DNA of 64,000 nucleotides, from contig JBEKHN010000007.1 in NCBI GenBank assembly GCA_050012255.1, forward strand, positions 45,005 to 109,004, in the 5' to 3' direction. Both the position numbers and the translations under genes were made by a program. The notes beneath the pieces were generated by a model, which was not told where the DNA came from, made no database searches, and was given only the letters and a program-made list of their open reading frames with translations. The DNA comes from Candidatus Bathyarchaeia archaeon. Lineage in GTDB: Archaea; Thermoproteota; Bathyarchaeia; Bathyarchaeales; Bathycorpusculaceae. Shown here piece by piece: positions 58,847 to 64,000 of the stretch. Each line of letters opens with the position of its first letter. The first letter of the stretch is position 1.

Positions 58847-60634
58847 ATGACAAGGGTTGCAGTGTTAGACGCGGACAAGTGCAAGCCGAAACGCTGCAAC
58901 ACGATGTGTCACCGTTTTTGTCCGATCGTGCGAAGCAAGATAGAGGCTATACGGTTTGAGGGCGAGAAAGCCGTGATCGTGGAATCTCTCTGCACCGGAT
59001 GCGGAATATGCGTGAGGAAGTGCCCGTTCAACGCCATTTCTATAGTCAACTTGCCAGACGAGCTGGAGAAAGACTGCAGCCACCGCTTCGGAGAGAACAG
59101 CTTCAAGCTCTACAGGCTTCCAACCCCGTCTCCAGGAACGGTCGTAGGGCTCCTTGGGCAGAACGGGATTGGCAAGACGACAACGCTGCGAATACTTTCT
59201 GGAGAAGTGAAGCTGAACCTTGGAAACTACGCAGACCCGCCTTCGTGGAACGACATAATCCAGCACTTCAGAGGTTCAACGCTTCAGGACTATTTCCTAA
59301 GAATGAGCGAGAACAAGCTGAAGGTCTCGCACAAACCGCAGTACGTTGACAAGATTCCGAAGGCTATTTCTGGAAAAGTCGGCGAACTGCTCGAAAAAGT
59401 GGATGAAAGAGGCATAATGGACACCGTGGCAGAGCAGTTGGAACTTAAGCCGCTCTGGGACCGCCCCCTCGAAGTCCTAAGCGGCGGCGAACTGCAACGC
59501 TTGGCAGTCACGGCTGCGATGTGCCGAGAGGCAGACGTCTACCTCTTCGATGAGCCTTCAAGCTTCTTGGACGTGAGTCAGAGGCTTCAGGTTGCCAAGG
59601 CCATAAGAAGCCTAACGTCAGCTCAGAAGACGGTTATAGTGGCAGAACACGACCTGGCAATAATCGACTACTTGTCGGATCAAATCTGCATTTTCTACGG
59701 AGAACCGGGCGTGTATGGCATAGTGTCTAACGTTCACGGTGTCAGAACTGGCATCAACATCTACCTTGAGGGTTACATTCCAGACGAGAACGTTCGCTTC
59801 AGAAAAGAAGCAATAGTCTTCCACGAGAAACCGCCAACGCAGAGCGCAGGCGCGGGTGAAACGCTGCTCGCATGGGATCAGATAGAGAAGACTTACAAAG
59901 GTTTCAAGCTGGCAGTCCATCATGGCGAGATCAAGAGGGGCGAAATAGTCGGAATACTGGGTGCCAACGGCATCGGTAAGACGACTTTTGTGAAGATTCT
60001 GGCTGGAATCGAGGAAGCGGATGATGGGAGAAGGTTCGACCAACTGAAAGTCAGCTACAAGCCGCAGTACATTTCGGCAGAGTACGAGGGCACAGTTCAG
60101 GAACTCCTGAGGAACGTTGCCAAAGAGAATTTTTCTTCAGGCTGGTACAGAACTGAGATACTTCAGCCTCTGAAGGTGAACCCGCTTATGGACAGGAACG
60201 TGGCCGAACTCAGCGGAGGAGAACTGCAGGAAGTTGCAATCGCATCGTGCTTGTCCCGCGAGGCTGAGCTTTACTTGCTGGACGAGCCGAGCGCGTACTT
60301 GGACGTTGAGGAACGTTTGAACATGGCGAGAGCCATTCGAAGGGTTGTCGAGAGCCGCAACGTAACTGGGCTCGTAGTCGAGCATGACGTGGTCACACAG
60401 GACTTCATTGCAGACCACTTGATGGTTTTCACGGGAAAACCTGGGATCGAGGGCACTGCCAACCCGCCTACGAGTTTGAGGAGGGGGATGAACATGTTCC
60501 TGAAAGAGATGGAAGTGACCTTCAGAAGAGACCCAACCACGAAGAGGCCCAGAGTTAACAAGGAGGGGTCGAAGCTTGACAAGTTTCAAAAAGAGATCGG
60601 AGAATACTACTACGTTCGCACTCACAGGAAATAG
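58847..60634 (+). CDS. Ribosome recycling ATPase ABCE1/Rli1
   Basis: N-terminal 2x[4Fe-4S] Cys motifs, two ABC domains, TFRRD...RPRVNK hinge. Confidence 0.97.
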   Translation: MTRVAVLDADKCKPKRCNTMCHRFCPIVRSKIEAIRFEGEKAVIVESLCTGCGICVRKCPFNAISIVNLPDELEKDCSHRFGENSFKLYRLPTPSPGTVVGLLGQNGIGKTTTLRILSGEVKLNLGNYADPPSWNDIIQHFRGSTLQDYFLRMSENKLKVSHKPQYVDKIPKAISGKVGELLEKVDERGIMDTVAEQLELKPLWDRPLEVLSGGELQRLAVTAAMCREADVYLFDEPSSFLDVSQRLQVAKAIRSLTSAQKTVIVAEHDLAIIDYLSDQICIFYGEPGVYGIVSNVHGVRTGINIYLEGYIPDENVRFRKEAIVFHEKPPTQSAGAGETLLAWDQIEKTYKGFKLAVHHGEIKRGEIVGILGANGIGKTTFVKILAGIEEADDGRRFDQLKVSYKPQYISAEYEGTVQELLRNVAKENFSSGWYRTEILQPLKVNPLMDRNVAELSGGELQEVAIASCLSREAELYLLDEPSAYLDVEERLNMARAIRRVVESRNVTGLVVEHDVVTQDFIADHLMVFTGKPGIEGTANPPTSLRRGMNMFLKEMEVTFRRDPTTKRPRVNKEGSKLDKFQKEIGEYYYVRTHRK

Positions 60635-60651
60635 GGCCTAGGAAGCAATTC

Positions 60652-61074
60652 ATGTCTAGAATCGGAGAAACAGAAACGAAGTTGTTGGAAGCCGCCTCGG
60701 AAGCTATAAAGAATGCACACGTCCTATGGGGCTTCAAAGTCGGCGCGGCTGTGCTTGCAGAAGACGGAGAAGTGTACGTTGGCTGCAACGTTGAAAGCTG
60801 GGTTTCTGGGCTCGGCACTTGCGCAGAAAGATGTGCGATAGACCATGCGGTCTTGCATGGAAACCGCAGAATCATGGAAATAGCCATCGTGACGAACGAA
60901 GAAAAGCCAGAGACGCCAACACCCTGCGGCGCCTGCTTGCAGTTCATCCACGATTTTGCCGAAAATTCTGAAATAAAGATCCTCATGGCACAGACTGAAA
61001 GAGGCAAGATTGCGCCTGAAACGGTTGAGGTAAAGACTCTTGGGGAGCTTTTCCCTTTTCCCTACGAAAAATGA
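60652..61074 (+). CDS. cdd: Cytidine deaminase
   Basis: FKVGAA, GCNVE, CAERCAI, PCGAC. Confidence 0.9.
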   Translation: MSRIGETETKLLEAASEAIKNAHVLWGFKVGAAVLAEDGEVYVGCNVESWVSGLGTCAERCAIDHAVLHGNRRIMEIAIVTNEEKPETPTPCGACLQFIHDFAENSEIKILMAQTERGKIAPETVEVKTLGELFPFPYEK

Positions 61075-61219
61075 CAAGTTTGTGGTAGTTAAGTTAAAGA
61101 ACGAGCAGAGTGTATCGTAGAGATAATCTGATTTGGAGAAGGCTGGGAAACTCGGTGGCTGGGAGGCCCAAAGACATAAGCGTTCAGAAGTGTCTGCGCC
61201 AGAGAGACCTAAAGGGGGG

Positions 61220-62756
61220 ATGGCTATGGCTCAGACTTTTGAGGAAATAAGTGCAGCGGACTTTTTTCTACCGTAACAGGGACATTGCTGGGTTCACGAA
61301 TCCGTCTAGAGCCATTTTCGTTGCGGTGAGGGAGTTGGTGGAGAACTCGCTGGACGCAGCGGAGAGCCACCGATTACCGCCGGACGTGTATGTTCGCTTG
61401 TCGTACGAGGGTGAAGCCAGTGCGGAGACTCAGGTTTACAAGTTGCGGGTTGAGGACAACGGCATCGGGGTTCCGCCTCGGCACATTCCTTCTGCCTTTG
61501 GCCAGATTCTCTTCGGTTCGAAGTACAAGCTTAAGCAGCAGAGGGGAACGTTCGGCTTAGGCGGCAAGATGGCGATTCTGTATGGGCAGATCACGACGCA
61601 TCAGCCGGCCACGATAATCTCCAGCACGGGCATCTCGAAGACCTACATGTACAAGCTTATGATCGACATTCAGCGGAACCGCCCAGTAATACTTGACAGA
61701 AAGGTTCTGATAAACAAGGAAATGTGGCGTGGAACCGTCGTCGAGTTTGCGCTTGAAGGGGACTATTTCAGGGCGATGCCGAAGATCTTGGATTATCTCA
61801 AGCAGACGGCAATGGTGAACCCCTACGCAAACCTGACGTTCGTAGACCCAAAGGGTAGGCTGTACAAGTTCACCAGAGTCACAAAGGATATGCCAGTTCC
61901 GCCGAAGGAGACGAAGCCGCATCCGTACGGGGTGGACGTGGAACTGCTTCAACGGTTGATACAGATCACGCCGTACAGGAATATGCTTGACTTCTTGAAG
62001 AACCATTTCCACCGTGTCGGTAAAATCACCGCGCAGAAGTTCTTGGAGTTCAGCGACATAAGCCCGTCCAAAAACCCGAGGAAACTCGCTCACGAAGAAA
62101 TCGTTAGACTCATGCACATGCTGAAGAGGTTCAAGGAGTTTCTGCCGCCAGACGCAAGCTGCCTGTCTCCTCTCGGTGAGGACTTGCTGAAAACCGGAAT
62201 CTCGAAGGAGCTGAAGCCAGAGTTTTTGGCTGTTCATCAGCGGAAGCCGGCCACGTATGCTGGGCACCCGTTCATCATCGAAATAGGCATAGCTTACGGC
62301 GGAGAGGTCCCAAGCAGGGGAGCTTTCATAGTCTATCGTTTTGCAAACAGAATCCCGTTGTTGTATGATGAGGCGAACGACGTTTCGCTCAGAGTGATCT
62401 CGGCGATGAACTGGCGCAGGTACCATGCCACTCCTGAAATGCCAATGGCAATTCTGGTGCACATATGCAGCACCAAGGTACCGTACAAGACGGTTGGCAA
62501 AGAGTTCATCGCCGATAGGCCTGAGGTTAGAAGGGAGATTGCCAATGGGCTGCGGGAGGTTGCTCGGCAACTCCAGCTTTTCCTGTCAAGAAGGGAGCAT
62601 GTTGACAGGGAACGGAAGAGGCTGGGTGTTTTCAGCAAGTACCTGCCCAAGATTGCTCAGTTTTCAACTCAGCTTGCGTGCAAGGAGAAGATACCCGACA
62701 TTGAGAAGCTTTTGGCGAGTGTGAGAAAGTATGGAACGGAAGAAGCGCAGGATTAG
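61220..62756 (+). CDS. top6B: DNA topoisomerase VI subunit B (apparent +1 frameshift in T6 run at 61262-61267)
   Basis: MAMAQTFEEISAAD in one frame and FFYRNRDIAGF in the next; ELVENSLDA, DNGIG, RGTFGLG, RFANRIPLLYD. Confidence 0.92.
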
Positions 62757-63822
62757 TGTGAGTGAAAGGAAGAAAGAAGTTCTAGCGGGCCTTGAGACCC
62801 TTGGAAGCAAAATCTATGATCAGCTTGACAAGGCCATCTTTCCGTCAATAGACATGCCGAGCCGCTCTACGGACAACATTATGTACGATGAGAAGCTCAG
62901 ACAGTTCATACTAGGCGACAGGAGGGTTCGCAGAAGCGCGCGTAACATCAGCCACCTGAAGCCGTTCACCCAGCTAGTCTGGGCGGCACTGTTCTCTAAT
63001 GAGCTTTCTTCGCAACGTAAAACGTCGACTCTGAGAGATGTTTATTATTCGGCGCAGGCTTATGAGATGACGTTCAAGGACCAGCAGGAATCAAACAACA
63101 TAATAACAGACTTGGAAACCGTTTTGGGGCTCTCAAGAGAAGACTTCAACATCTTTCCAGAAGAGCGTTCAGCAGTCTTCGGCGATCTGACGATAGAGTA
63201 CACAGTGCCAGGTTATGAGGGAAAGACTCTGGACCTGACTTCGCACCCCGACGGCGTACTCATCGGACCGGCTCTGACTTCGTCCGAGTTTGTCAAGACT
63301 TCGGCAGACAAAGTAATAGCCATCGAGAAAGGCGGCTTGTTCACAAGGTTCATCGAAGAAAACGTGCACAAGAAGCACAACGCTGTTCTAGTGTGTACAG
63401 CCGGTCAGGCGCCCAGGGCGACGAGACACTTCATAAGAAGACTGAACGAGGAGCTGAACCTTCCAGTGTTCATCTTCACAGACGGTGACCCGTGGGGAAT
63501 GCACATTGCCATGGTCATAATCTCAGGCTCTGCAAACGCTGCGCACCTGAGAGAGTTGAACACGCCTGACGCAAAATGGAGCGGAGTCTGGGCAACAGAC
63601 ATCGTCGACTACAAGCTTCCGACCGACCCGCTGGACGACGTGGACATGAAGAGGCTGTACGAACTGCAGAAGGATCCACGTTACAAAGACCCATTATGGC
63701 GCAGAGAAATCAAGACTTTTATGAAAATCAAACGGAAGGCGGAGCAAGAGGCGTTCAGCAGGTACGGCCTAACATACATTGTGGACGAATACTTGCCGAA
63801 CAAGCTCGAAGAAACGAAGTGA
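62731..63822 (+). CDS. top6A: DNA topoisomerase VI subunit A
   Basis: TLRDVYY catalytic Tyr, IEKGG, FTDGDPWG TOPRIM, KAEQEA. Confidence 0.96.
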   Translation: MERKKRRISVSERKKEVLAGLETLGSKIYDQLDKAIFPSIDMPSRSTDNIMYDEKLRQFILGDRRVRRSARNISHLKPFTQLVWAALFSNELSSQRKTSTLRDVYYSAQAYEMTFKDQQESNNIITDLETVLGLSREDFNIFPEERSAVFGDLTIEYTVPGYEGKTLDLTSHPDGVLIGPALTSSEFVKTSADKVIAIEKGGLFTRFIEENVHKKHNAVLVCTAGQAPRATRHFIRRLNEELNLPVFIFTDGDPWGMHIAMVIISGSANAAHLRELNTPDAKWSGVWATDIVDYKLPTDPLDDVDMKRLYELQKDPRYKDPLWRREIKTFMKIKRKAEQEAFSRYGLTYIVDEYLPNKLEETK

Positions 63823-64000
63823 AACCTCGTCACTTAGCGCGCATGCCTGTTCCGAAAATGGTTAAAAATGGTCTTAATTCGCCTTTTGCGATTTAGAGGC
63901 ATTTTTGGGCTTCGCGTCTGTTTTCGTGCTTCTTTCAGTGCCCACGCTTCTCGAACTGTGCCGGCGGCCCGAAGGTGTTGGCCTGTGCGCTGTGAACAGC

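Noticed and set aside
61557-62570. 337-aa antisense ORF, and similar shadow ORFs such as 9089-9796 and 46197-46895
   Set aside because: Overlap well-supported genes on the opposite strand and carry no motifs.

Overview
Archaeal chromosomal segment, most consistent with Bathyarchaeia (TACK). The assignment is inferred from PolB1, topo VI, the exosome superoperon, PEF-CTERM/PQQ surface proteins and an OST3/6-like gene. Core blocks: a type IV pilus-like locus, an ECF transporter module, the proteasome-exosome-ribosome superoperon, PolB1, N-glycosylation genes (aglH-like, aglB, OSTC/OST3-6-like), topA, carS, KEOPS/t6A genes, hut genes, ABCE1 and topo VI. These are interleaved with accessory stretches carrying many decaying genes. 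No complete tRNA, rRNA, CRISPR array or transposase was recognised. Main unexplained signals: (1) a structured 5' leader on queT with an anti-SD loop and a probable ATA start, a candidate archaeal preQ-type riboswitch; (2) a four-copy dispersed intergenic repeat family; (3) GCGCGCGC-type sites at junctions of accessory and truncated genes; (4) a 24-aa hyperacidic Trp-containing micropeptide upstream of ABCE1; (5) clustered nonsense lesions, including in endonuclease III. All homology calls are from motif recognition by eye; no database searches were run.
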